A stretch of 60,228 nt of DNA, the filler included, from Basidiobolus ranarum (lineage: Eukaryota), in the NCBI GenBank assembly GCA_040143965.1. It is 4 parts of 4 records of this genome, joined end to end, with 100 filler letters (N's around TTAATTAATTAA, not from the genome) between each part and the next. Parts side by side here need not be neighbours in the genome. Positions count along the whole stretch, not along the records: positions 45,271 to 60,228 come from JASJQH010007278.1; 3 more parts are not named here. One strand, given 5' to 3'. Both the position numbers and the translations under genes were made by a program. A model generated the notes under the pieces. It did no database searches and was not told where the DNA came from. It worked only from the letters and a program-made list of their open reading frames with translations. Shown one piece after another: positions 49,771-60,228 of this stretch; the first letter of the stretch is position 1, and each line of letters starts with the position of its first letter.

Positions 49771-51515
49771 CTAAGTGGATTTCTTGCTGGTCCACTCTTT
49801 CAGAGTTTCATCGTCCACATAGTCATAGCGCCAAATGAATGAATCCTCACCGGCACACACAACATTTCTAGTTAATAAGAGATTGCTTTTAGCACAAGTA
49901 CGTTCCAAACAAACGATTGGGAAAGTTACCTGCAATCTCTGGAGAAAACACAGCATCTAACTGCCTTTGTGGATCTTCGGTGACGAAGTTCAGTTACCAT
50001 TTTCCCGGTCTCGATGTTATAAATATATACGGCACCAACACTACTTCCGACACAAAAGAATTTGTTGTCCATACTAGATACAATGTTAGAACCGATCCTT
50101 GTAGAAATCATTAAATTTGTTTCGCTAACCTGACGTCAAATCGGCATCGATTATGTGCACTGTTGCGTAAATGGAACGTTTTGACCACCTATGATTATTA
50201 CCAAGAAATTTGAATTATATTCCTTTTCACGTTACCGTCGATCGAGTGATCTCCGATTATTTTAGCATACCTCAAGAGTGTCAGAATTCCATAGCTCAGC
50301 TTTACCATTCACAGATTTAGAAAGAATGTTGCTTCCGATATATTTCATACAATCTACAGCATAATCTTAATAACGTATCTTGGTTTTAAAATGATGACCA
50401 ACCCCTTACCTATGCATCCTCCATGATGTTTCTTTCCAGACATTTTGAGTACACCTTGATCAATGTATTGCAACTCGGATGTCTCCGTTAAGTCTGGGAT
50501 TGTCCATTCACGAATATCTCCGTTGTAACCACCAGTTAAAAATGAGGTTCCAGAGGGATTAAAGCACTAAAAGATGAGTTAAGCTTCTATAGGAATGCTT
50601 GTTTTCTTGAATTGAATGATTACAATACCACAACTGAGGCTTTCACGTTGTAGACACATAAACATTTCTCGCTATCTACATGCCATAAGCGAACTGTCCC
50701 ATCTTTAGATGCAGAGAGAATATGCTGGTCGTCTTTGGGAGATACCTGAAGATCAGTGATAGCCCCTGAATTATTGTATGAAAGAAGTTAGCAAGCGACC
50801 GTATTCATTACTAAACTTACTAACCAGTATGCCCTTCCAGTTTCCGAAGTTCTTTTGAACAAGCTACACTCAATATATGAATATAACTATCTTGACCAGC
50901 CACTGCTAATAAAGCGTCATCGTCCCGGTGTAACCAGCAACAAGTGAACAACTCCTATGTAAACTCTTAGTAAATATCTTTTCTTGCTTAAATCAGTAGA
51001 TAGAGATATAGGTAGTCCTAACAAACCTGTGAAGCAGTGGCTTTTCCGTTTCTATCTTCACTCAATAAGAAATGGGACATGATATCCAAGTGGTCACCAC
51101 AATGTTCATTGTCATATATATTGGCCTGAGTATCACCAACAGACGCCAATATATTACTGGTATCGCCATCATCACGCTCCACAGCACCACGCTTATCGAA
51201 AGTTTTATTCAGGTCTATACCGAAAGGTGCAGTGTAGTTTTTTTCGTTAAGGTGAAATGATATTTGGTTGATTTCTCGACCATGGTTTTCTTTAACGATA
51301 CGACGAAGTCTCAAATTTTTGAAAATTTTTTCTTGCTGTTGGTCTTTTGTTAGTACCTCAGATACAACTTCTGTCTGAACTGGCATCTCCTCGAGCTCTT
51401 CTGATTTTAACGAGCTGATGGAATCGGTGAAATCCTCGTCACTTTCGATATCATTTATAGAAGTTGGAGTACTAGTACGGGAACGTTTCAAGGGTCTTTC
51501 GAGATCTGCGGTCAT
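49771..51515 (-). CDS. WD40 repeat protein, EED/ESC/FIE-like (spliced)
   Basis: Motifs VKENHGREI, FTCCW..LLAVAG, LEGHTG.ITDL..ILSASKDGTVRLW, DCMKYIGSNILSKS and HRRSTKAVRCCVFSRD..GEDSFIWRYD parallel the EED blades in order. Confidence 0.75.
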
Positions 51516-53590
51516 ATTTCACTTTTCTATTAAATATATCACTTAAGGAGGATACTCTAAAGAAACGATTTCCTAAATTTGAGAAAAGGTGGTTCCTCAG
51601 TGTTATTGAAATTGATATGAAAAATCGTAAACAAAACAAACCTCATGAATTTTACAGGATTGGATGGTCCTCACTAACTGCATTTGGGAAATATGAGCAT
51701 AGATTTTGCAATGTGGATTAAATTTCTTGAATCATTTAACCGTAGCTTATAGATTTTCTTATTCGTAGTATTCATGTAGCGGGAATTTCAATCAGTAAAT
51801 ACTAGCTATAAATTGATGGATGATGAAGTATGGAATAAGTTCGAAAGGAAAAATTTAGTTGAGAGAATCGATCAAGGAAATCATTAGTGCCAATGACAAA
51901 TGATAATCTGACATTAACTTGCATAGTTTAAAACGATAATAGAAAAGTAGTGAAAGTTGGGCTGAGCGTATTGGAGCGTGCCTGGTATTTAAATAGGATT
52001 TACGGGTTATTTGATGTTATCTGAAACCTATACTAATGCTCATCTGATTATACTCGTGATGAAATGATAAAAGCCCGTTCACTGATTGTTCAAGCATTGT
52101 GAGTTGTAAAGAAACACGGATATCTGCTTGTGCACTCATTTCCCATGTTAACTTGATTCCAGGTAGAAAATGAATAAATTTTAATGCTGATAATAAAAGT
52201 CACCAAAAGATAAATGGCATATTACAAATCACAATATATGTTCAATGAGAAGGGAAGTAAGTACAGAGTTGACCTAAGATGATGAGGTGGAAGATGATAG
52301 CAAAATAGCAATTAGCAACGAGAGGGCATCCTCATACACACGGGTAGAAAGTCAATGGGATCCAAGTTATATTTGAAATCATCAGGTTGGCTGTTGTTGG
52401 TATCAAACTTAAATATAGAGAGTATCGGATGAGCAGTTGAAGTCATGGCAAGGAAAGTCAAGGTCACGATATACTTTTTGCAATGCATACTATTGATTTA
52501 GTAGTGGTTACGAACTTGGAAAGGGTAGTTAAAGGCTACGTCTATTTTGGATAGATTCCCAACTTTTATAAGAATTGGGCTCATACATATCCAGCCATCA
52601 GTATGAATTAACTGGAACTGAGTGAGTGGATCTAATAATGTATGGATAGGCATACAATTCGACGCTTTGGCGATCTCTAAGCCAACAGGGTGGGGGTGAT
52701 GTATGCGCGAAGAGGTCAAATCGATTGCATATGTCATGGACACACGCTCACCAATGTATCATTCTCTCATTGCTACAGCACCCCGTGACCAAATATTGTG
52801 TCTTTACTCTGCTCTACACTACTCTGTGCTCATCTACACTATAAATACGATTAGAGAGTATGCTTATATGCGGTGGATATTGTGACTGGTCCAATACTGT
52901 GAATATTCGAGCCTGATCGTTAACATATATTTCAGAGTATAGTAAGTATATGCACTCCAAAGTGACTTCCTGGTCAATAACTGGAGCAACACATGTTTAC
53001 ATGGTATTCAAAACATCGAAGGTCATGCACAAATGGCTCGAGTAAGTATAATGGTATCTTGGGTTATAAGCGGGGTGTAGGGTGTAGGGTGGGATATATA
53101 GATCTCATATTTTCCGAGCTTACTAACTCGGAAAAACACTACCTGAAAAGGGCTTTAAGCAAGATTAAAACACATCATATATTTCTACCAAGTTGTTAAT
53201 AATATACCCTATTGCTTATTTCCCCGTCCCCTGGGCCATAACAACGTCGCGTACAGCCTATCATTTGTAGTAGATAATTGGTGTTAATCATGATGTAAAC
53301 ATTTAGAATATTTGGTTAACGATAGTAACCTATTTGTTTACTTGGCCTAGCTTGCCGCAGCTTGTCCATAAATTTCAAAAGAAAGCCCATAAGTTTTTAT
53401 CGAATTTAAACTCAGAAAAGGATATTTTATTTGTTAATATTTTCTGATTTACCCCAATCGTGACTACTTTTATGAAATCATTGTCATTAAAGTGTAAATT
53501 ATCCGGGCAGAATTGAAATATAAAGTTGCAGTTATGCTGGAACAAGAGCAACTTCATCTTCCTTGCTTCCCTTACAACTAACTAGAAAGT

Positions 53591-54706
53591 ATGACCCCCG
53601 CTCCTCAGAATTCCGATGATGCCGTTTCTCAGACTAGCGAGCAGATATCGGACGTCAAAGTCACGACAAAAAGCACTGAGGTAAAAGTAACTCCCAACAA
53701 AGAAGTAAGTCTCAACGACTCAGTTAATGTGGACGAGGAGCCACTGCTAAAACCCAACCCGAGACGATTCGTGCTATTTCCAATAAAATACCATGATGTC
53801 TGGCAAATGTACAAGAAAGCTGAAGCGTCTATTTGGACTGCCGAAGAAGTTGACCTCTCCAAAGACATGAATGATTGGGCAAAGTTGAATGATGGTGAAC
53901 GTCATTTCATATCGCACGTACTTGCATTCTTCGCAGCATCAGACGGTATTGTAAATGAGAACCTGGTTGAAAGATTCAGTGACGAAGTTCAGATTCCTGA
54001 GGCTCGCTTCTTCTACGGGTTCCAAGTGATGATTGAGAATATCCATTCGGAGATGTATTCCCTGCTTATTGACACGTACATTCGCGACACACAGGAACGA
54101 AACAAATTGTTCAATGCCATCGACACCATTCCATGCATTAAAAAGAAGGCAGATTGGGCGCTCCGATGGATCTCCGATCGTGAATCCACATTTGCTATTC
54201 GTTTAGTGGCTTTTGCCGCGGTAGAAGGAATATTTTTCTCTGGGTCCTTCGCGTCCATTTTCTGGCTGAAAAAGCGAGGTCTCATGCCTGGTCTCACGTT
54301 TTCGAATGAGTTGATTTCGCGTGACGAGGGTCTTCATACAGACTTTGCATGCTTGCTTTTCTCCTTGCTGCGCAAAAAGCCTAGCGCAGACACCGTCACC
54401 TCCATTATTACCGAGGCAGTTAAGATTGAGCAGGAGTTTCTTACCGATGCCTTGCCTGTTGACCTCATCGGTATGAATGCTAAACTCATGGCCCAGTACA
54501 TAGAGTTTGTCGCAGACAGGCTATTGGTGGCGTTGGGATGTCCAAAGTTCTACAAAGTGGAGAATCCATTTGATTTCATGGATCTGATCTCTCTGCAAGG
54601 CAAAACCAACTTTTTCGAAAAAAGAGTCTCTGATTACCAAAAATCAGGGGTCATGAGCTCGCAAACGCCCAATGATGGTGCATTCACTTTGGACGCCGAC
54701 TTCTAA
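53591..54706 (+). CDS. RNR2: Ribonucleotide reductase small (R2) subunit
   Basis: Motifs [50 protein letters not shown] and C-terminal FTLDADF. Confidence 0.99.
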   Translation: MTPAPQNSDDAVSQTSEQISDVKVTTKSTEVKVTPNKEVSLNDSVNVDEEPLLKPNPRRFVLFPIKYHDVWQMYKKAEASIWTAEEVDLSKDMNDWAKLNDGERHFISHVLAFFAASDGIVNENLVERFSDEVQIPEARFFYGFQVMIENIHSEMYSLLIDTYIRDTQERNKLFNAIDTIPCIKKKADWALRWISDRESTFAIRLVAFAAVEGIFFSGSFASIFWLKKRGLMPGLTFSNELISRDEGLHTDFACLLFSLLRKKPSADTVTSIITEAVKIEQEFLTDALPVDLIGMNAKLMAQYIEFVADRLLVALGCPKFYKVENPFDFMDLISLQGKTNFFEKRVSDYQKSGVMSSQTPNDGAFTLDADF

Positions 54707-55041
54707 GATCTCATTGGACCAGATCGAAAAGCAAAGTGCAGATATCTACGTTTCAATGTGTATATATACGTTATTCTTACCAATAAAATGAATAATATTT
54801 CAATTCAATTAACCCTTTCGTTCCGCATTAAGGAATTCATGTCATATTAGTTGCAGCATGGTTATCTCTGTTATCCGTTTTTCTAGGATACGTTATTTTT
54901 AATTGGCCTAATATGGGGTAAGCGGTCACAAAGTAGAATTACTAAGCAATACGTATACGATAGACAGAAAAATCCATTTTCATCTAAATAAAATCCCGAA
55001 GATGGCTCACAGGATTTATCCAAATTCTTGGAAACTCAGCA

Positions 55042-56245
55042 ATGTCACAACCAACTGCATTGAAAGTAGGCGTTATTGGATTCGGTTTATCAGCAACCGC
55101 ATTCCACATTCCCTTCATTACCACCAGTCCCTCTTTTAAATTCGTGTCTGTCTTAAGACGCCAAGCTGGAGCCTTGGAGGCTTTCCCGGAGGTGAAAGTG
55201 TATAATGACCAAGAGGAATTCTTCAAGCAAGATATTGATCTAGTCATCATTACTTCACCAAACACTTATCACTACTCTTATGCTGAAGCAGCTTTGAAAC
55301 AGGGAAAGCATGTGATCGTAGAAAAGCCCTTCACAGTTACTAGTGAGGAAGGAGAGAAACTCATCTCTTTAGCCAAGGAAAAGAACTTGGTACTTTCAGT
55401 ATTCCAAAACAGACGTTGGGATGGCGACTTTTTGACCATACAAAAGATTTTCGAAGAGAAGAAGCTTGGTAGAGTGGTTGATTATGAATCTCATTTTGAC
55501 AGGTAATAATTTAGTCAATAATATAGCTTGACTCAAATGAACACTTATTAACGTGACAAATCCCCCAGATTCCGTAACAAGTTGAAGGGAAATGCTTGGC
55601 GTGAGGAAGATCAGCCTGGTAGCGGCGTTTTGTTCGATCTAGCTCCTCATCTTTTCGATCAGGCGTTCGTGTTATTTGGAAAACCTAAATATTTGTCAGC
55701 TGATATTAGAAACCAACGAGGTTTAGGAAATACCGACGATTACTTTGAGTTACGTCTTGATTATGAAGACGGCCTTCGCGTTATTTTAAAAGCTGGAATG
55801 CTTGTAGCAGATAAAGGTTATTATTACGCGAGTCAACACAATTTTTGAATACGGATGACATTAACATTGCTCTTGTATTTTAGGCCCTCATTTCACTATT
55901 CATGGTACAGAAGGATCATTCGTCAAGTATGGACTCGATCCACAGGAAGATGCTCTCAGAGCTGGCAAAAATCCTGCTAATGTTCCAGCTGGTACCTGGG
56001 GTACTGAGCCCGAGTCTCTATGGGGCAAATTAACTACAGCTGGACCTGACTCCTCGCTAAACGAAACAAGAGTTCCTACACTTCCAGGAAATTATCAGGG
56101 ATTCTTTGAGAACGTGGCTGAGACAATTCGTTCTGGTGACCATAGCAAATTAATTGTTAAACCCGAACAGGCAATACTAAGCATCAAGGCCATAGAGTTA
56201 GCTCGGGTTAGCAATGAGAAGAGAGCAGCAGTCTTGTTCCAATAG
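55042..56245 (+). CDS. Gfo/Idh/MocA oxidoreductase (YdgJ/IolW-like), 3 exons
   Basis: Motifs VGVIGFG, HVIVEKPF, FQNRRWDGDF, GSGVLFDLAPH and HGTEGSFVKYGLDPQE. Introns at 55503-55568 and 55817-55883. Confidence 0.93.
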
Positions 56246-56769
56246 TTATAGATAGAGTGATAAAGTGAGTCATAGTTCTCCGAAATAAACCCGCTTACGA
56301 ATCATGTAGTGAACTCGATCCTTTATGATTAGCGTGTGTTCAAGTTGATAATTTACCGTAAAATCTTGCAACTGGTACATCAGCCAATGATAGTGCATTC
56401 CAAGCCCGAAAATATATTTCCTATAGAGTGTTCGGAATCGCAAATGGCATGCATTACTTCCATTGTGGATAGATCACAAAATGTGCTTAGAGATTCAAGG
56501 AATTCTCGATGAATGAACGCCTATAGGTTGGCTGTCCGATAAGGTTAATTAATCCATTTGAGATCCAAAATCACACATTTTCCTGTAAAGGTGTGTCAAT
56601 CGCTGCATACTTGTGATATTCTATCGTGGTGCTTCCACTTTGACGTGCATTTCCAAGTAATATTACAAGATTTCAGTAATCTATGTATAATTACATGCAG
56701 TCAAACCGATCATGATTTGACTAGCGCAAACAATGATTATTATATGATACTGATACCTGATAACGATAC

Positions 56770-58672
56770 ATGAGCTTCACAAGTGGATTCATATATATTA
56801 AGGATTAGTCTGATGACTGATTTCGATTTTTTCTTAATAGGGAACATATTAATGGGTATAGGAAATGGTCAACAATTACTTTCACATACGCTTAAAGATA
56901 CTTTGCCCTCAACCCCAACCGAATCAGCTTCGTCTAGCTATAATTCAAATTCCACATCTTTGAATAGACTCTACAATTATCCCCCCTCTTATTCAATAGC
57001 AGCTGACTTGTTCATGCGCCATAATGACCCAACTTCTCCCTTACTGAGAGCGAAGCAGTCTCGCAGCTACACTTCTCCCGGCTGGCAAAATCCTTCCAGT
57101 ACTAGGAGCACAAATCCTCCAATTACACACCGGCCAAGAAATGTTTCTTTCGATATTCCTTCCGCTCCTATTTTACCACTTACTAGAAGTAGAACTATGG
57201 AAAGTCGTAATCAAGTTGCTGAGGATTTGGTTGATCGTTTTTCTCTAGGAAATTCCCCTGCTAGTAGTGGTATACTTTCTAATTTATTGAAACTCCAAAC
57301 CTCAACTCAGATCTCTTCTGATGGAGGCTCAATTAACGACTCCAGCGGAGGAGTTACAATCCACGATTTAACTAAAGAGGGACAACGTAACGACGAGGAA
57401 GTCGCACGCTCTATTGAACGTCGTTCCACTATAACAAATATAGCGGAGGCGTTGCTCCACCAAGATTATTTTATACTTTTATCTAAAGCGATGGTATTAT
57501 TCGGTGCACCTACTCATCGACTTGAAAATAATATGAATCGTGCGTCAGTAGCACTTGGAGTAGATGCCTCTTTCGCTTTTTTGCCTGGATTGATTTTGGT
57601 TTCCTTTGGTGATGAAGATACGCACACGAGTGAAACGCATATAATCAAAGCTGACCCAAGCTTTGACATGTACAAATTAGACCGAGTCAACGATATCTCA
57701 AAGCAAGTCATCTATGGCCAGATAGGTGTAGAGGATGCCTATGATGAGATTGAAATTTTATTAGAGTCGCCACCACTTTATCCATGGTGGATGGATATTA
57801 TTATATATAGTGTCTCTTCCTTTTTGATATGTCCATTGGCCTTTGGTGGTGGCTGGATTGATGGTTTAGTAAGTGGATTATTAGGTTTGGTAGTTGGTAG
57901 TTTGCAACAGCTTTCTCGAAGAATCTTCAACTATTCTACAGTATTCGAGGTAACAGCAGCAGTGATTTGCTCGTTTATAGCAACGGCTCTTCATCGACAC
58001 ATCTGTTACACGTCGGTCGTACTTTCATCAGTATACAACCTTCTACCAGGGCTGATATTCGCTACCTCAGTCATGGAGTTAGCGTCTAGAAATATCAATT
58101 CGGGGGTTATTCGCATGGGTTACGCGCTAGTGCTGTCTTTCATGTTTGGATTTGGATTGACCTTTGGATCCCAGCTCTGGAGGAATCTCAATGATTTTAA
58201 CGGACCGGTGGATACATCCAAGTGTCACCCTGTTGATCCGTTGTGGTTTCTCCTTCTGTTACCATTACTTAGTATCAGTTATAACATAAATCTGCAGTCG
58301 CATCCTCGCCAGTGGCCACTTATGATATTTCTGGGTGCTGTTGGATTTGCTACATCCTTTTATACTTCCAAACACTATGATGAAACGACATCAGCTGCTA
58401 TGTCTGCTTTTACCCTAGCTCTAGTTGGAAATTTATATTCTCGTATCACCCACAGAACCAGCTTTGCTGCTACTATGTCTGCAGTGATGATTCTAGTTCC
58501 TGGGGCATTGGGTGTTCGTGGGGTTTACGATGCATTGCTACATGCCGGAAAGGGATCCACTCTGGCGTTTGAGATGGTCATCATGCCGTTAAGTATTTCA
58601 GTGGGACTTTTCATGGCGACACTATTAATTTATCCAACTGGTAAACGTAGAACCGCTCTCTTGGCATTTTAA
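56770..58672 (+). CDS. Threonine/serine exporter family (ThrE/DUF1212, PRM10-like) membrane protein
   Basis: Motifs FGAPTHRLE, ISFG-type LVSFGDEDTHTSETH, LLPG..VMELASRNINSGVIR and ILVPG, with many TM helices. A possible mini exon 1 at 56770 with intron 56783-56840 keeps frame; the start is uncertain. Confidence 0.9.
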
Positions 58673-59378
58673 TCATATATTATATATTCACTTAACCTTT
58701 TATATGTACTTCTACTCCCTCCCTCTACGTAGTTGAAATTCTTCGTAGTGCTTTCCCTAGTTTATGTTTAATTCTTCATGTCAAACCATTATTGTAAATA
58801 TACAATTATCACTATCTCCATACTTCTCATATCAATGTCCACCGCAACAAGCCAAACTAGAAGCTAATCAGTAGAGTCCAATGACATAGTAACATCAGTT
58901 CCTAATTCTATCAATTACCAGCTATATCTAGTTAATTCGTTAGTGACTGGGGTAGGCAGAATGAACATACTGAGATTGTACTACTCAATCAAATGTATCT
59001 TAGTGTTGATTAAGTTGAGTACTTTCATCTACCAACACCATTCATAACATTGCAACCCAGAGTCAATCACATCCAAAATCTTCCAATCACTGTAAGTCAA
59101 AGAAAAAGTCAACAATGAGATATTGTTTGTTGTTATTTCCCAATCAACACCAATAATTGGCTGAGAATAGTTTGGGTAAGTTGAATTTCGTAAGCAAAAG
59201 TTTTAACAACAGTTCGATTTTCATTTTACCTTTACTGACTTAACATTTTTACTTTATTTACAGGTGGAACAATTCTTTATTCGTTCTATTCGTTTTACTT
59301 TCTACTTTTACTTTTTGCTTTAGCTCTGGAGTTATTTTATTTGCTTTTTATCCCTCGCAGTTTTTTTTCTTGGATACC

Positions 59379-60228
59379 ATGGAGGAACCTCAGAATTTAC
59401 CCTTAACCACTACGCGAGAAGCAGTGGAATGGGTGGAGCAAGAACGACGTAAATTTCACAACCTTTATCAAGAGAAAATGGACGAGTTTGAACAAGCTTT
59501 TCAAGAAAATATGGATTGGTTAAAAGATTACTACAATAACATCACCAACAAACAGCAAGAGCCAGTGGTCACCCGCGGTCTGAAGACTCCTTCCGCCAGA
59601 AGAAGAAGAGGTCAAAATCAAAGAACCCAAATCAAAGGCCTGTTTGAAAACCCTCCCATTCCTGAAGAAGCTTTGGATTCTAATCTTCTTAAACCCAATG
59701 AAGTTTATGACGGACAAGTGGATCCCCCAGTCGTTGCTGATAACTCCAAAATAGAAGTGGTAATAACTAAATCTAGCCAGATCTTTAGTGACCATCAAAC
59801 TACCCCAGGTAAATCCTCAGTGATTTCCGATCCGTTTGAAGACACTCACGCATATCACGGGTCAGAGGAGTTTGGAAGCCCTTCCCACCATGACGATGAA
59901 GTTGCAAAGTCAACTACATCCAAGGAGGAAAACGCTCCAAAAGCGCCCGCCATTCAATTCCCCACTTTATCCTCTATGAAATCTAGAAGTGCCGAAAATT
60001 CTATCATTGAAGAGGTTTCTGAGTATCCATCCAGAGAAGAAAGCCTGGAAGAGCTCTCAGCCCAAGGAATTATTACTAGCACTCCAGCTGCTAATAGATA
60101 TGCAGTCTCTGATGACTCCGATATTGAATCACTTGTTGCTAGCGTTCCTTCACAATCAGCGGGTAAACGCAGTACAATCGACGAAGATTCTTTCGATTTC
60201 AGTGCAGTTGGCACTAAAAAGATTAAAC
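59379..60228 (+). CDS. 5' part of an INCENP-like chromosomal passenger protein (runs off the window)
   Basis: Open to the window end. The N-terminus EWVEQE..FEQAFQENMDWLKDY..LKTPSARRRR resembles INCENP N-termini and is followed by an acidic low-complexity region. Confidence 0.65.
   Translation, partial: MEEPQNLPLTTTREAVEWVEQERRKFHNLYQEKMDEFEQAFQENMDWLKDYYNNITNKQQEPVVTRGLKTPSARRRRGQNQRTQIKGLFENPPIPEEALDSNLLKPNEVYDGQVDPPVVADNSKIEVVITKSSQIFSDHQTTPGKSSVISDPFEDTHAYHGSEEFGSPSHHDDEVAKSTTSKEENAPKAPAIQFPTLSSMKSRSAENSIIEEVSEYPSREESLEELSAQGIITSTPAANRYAVSDDSDIESLVASVPSQSAGKRSTIDEDSFDFSAVGTKKIK

Noticed and set aside
52010-52086. C/D snoRNA candidate (GTGATGA, CTGA, guide AAGCCCGTTC complementary to LSU rRNA GAACGGGCUU)
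   Set aside because: Only a 10-nt guide, a poor 5' C box and no terminal stem; could be chance. A snoscan run would settle it.

Overview
AT-rich eukaryotic DNA with short (about 55-90 nt) GT-AG introns, from an early-diverging fungus; a Basidiobolus/Zoopagomycota-like source is inferred from gene content and not proven. The window is not one locus. It is four contigs of decreasing length (14996, 14992, 14982, 14958 nt) joined by identical 100-nt N44-TTAATTAATTAA-N44 linkers. Contig 1 is accessory and decayed: an Ada-type methylphosphotriester repair gene, a repeat-rich orphan ORF, a Cys-rich secreted peptide gene with an internal stop, an aldo-keto reductase, a fossil viral-type D5 primase/helicase and an LTR end. 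Contig 2 holds tandem GPI-type surface protein genes, a peroxisomal fatty alcohol oxidase, a DUF2867-like gene, GPC1, an F-box/PP2 gene, a frameshifted Mcp1-like gene, a Thr-rich secreted protein and a secreted peptide with palindromic Cys spacing. Contig 3 has two identical tRNA-Thr(CGT) genes bracketing a 7TM-RGS pseudogene and an array of four near-identical secreted 10-Cys peptide genes, then tRNA-Arg(CCG) and CpG-depleted Ty3/Gypsy debris. Contig 4 is housekeeping: a GPI protein, SmD1, mitochondrial AsnRS, EED-like WD40, RNR2, a Gfo/Idh/MocA oxidoreductase, a ThrE/PRM10-like transporter and the 5' part of an INCENP-like gene. The best novelty candidates are the four-copy peptide array with its shared promoter motif, the palindromic-Cys peptide, the D5 helicase fossil and the long structured SmD1 intron containing an Sm site. 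All family calls come from motif recognition by eye; no database searches were run.
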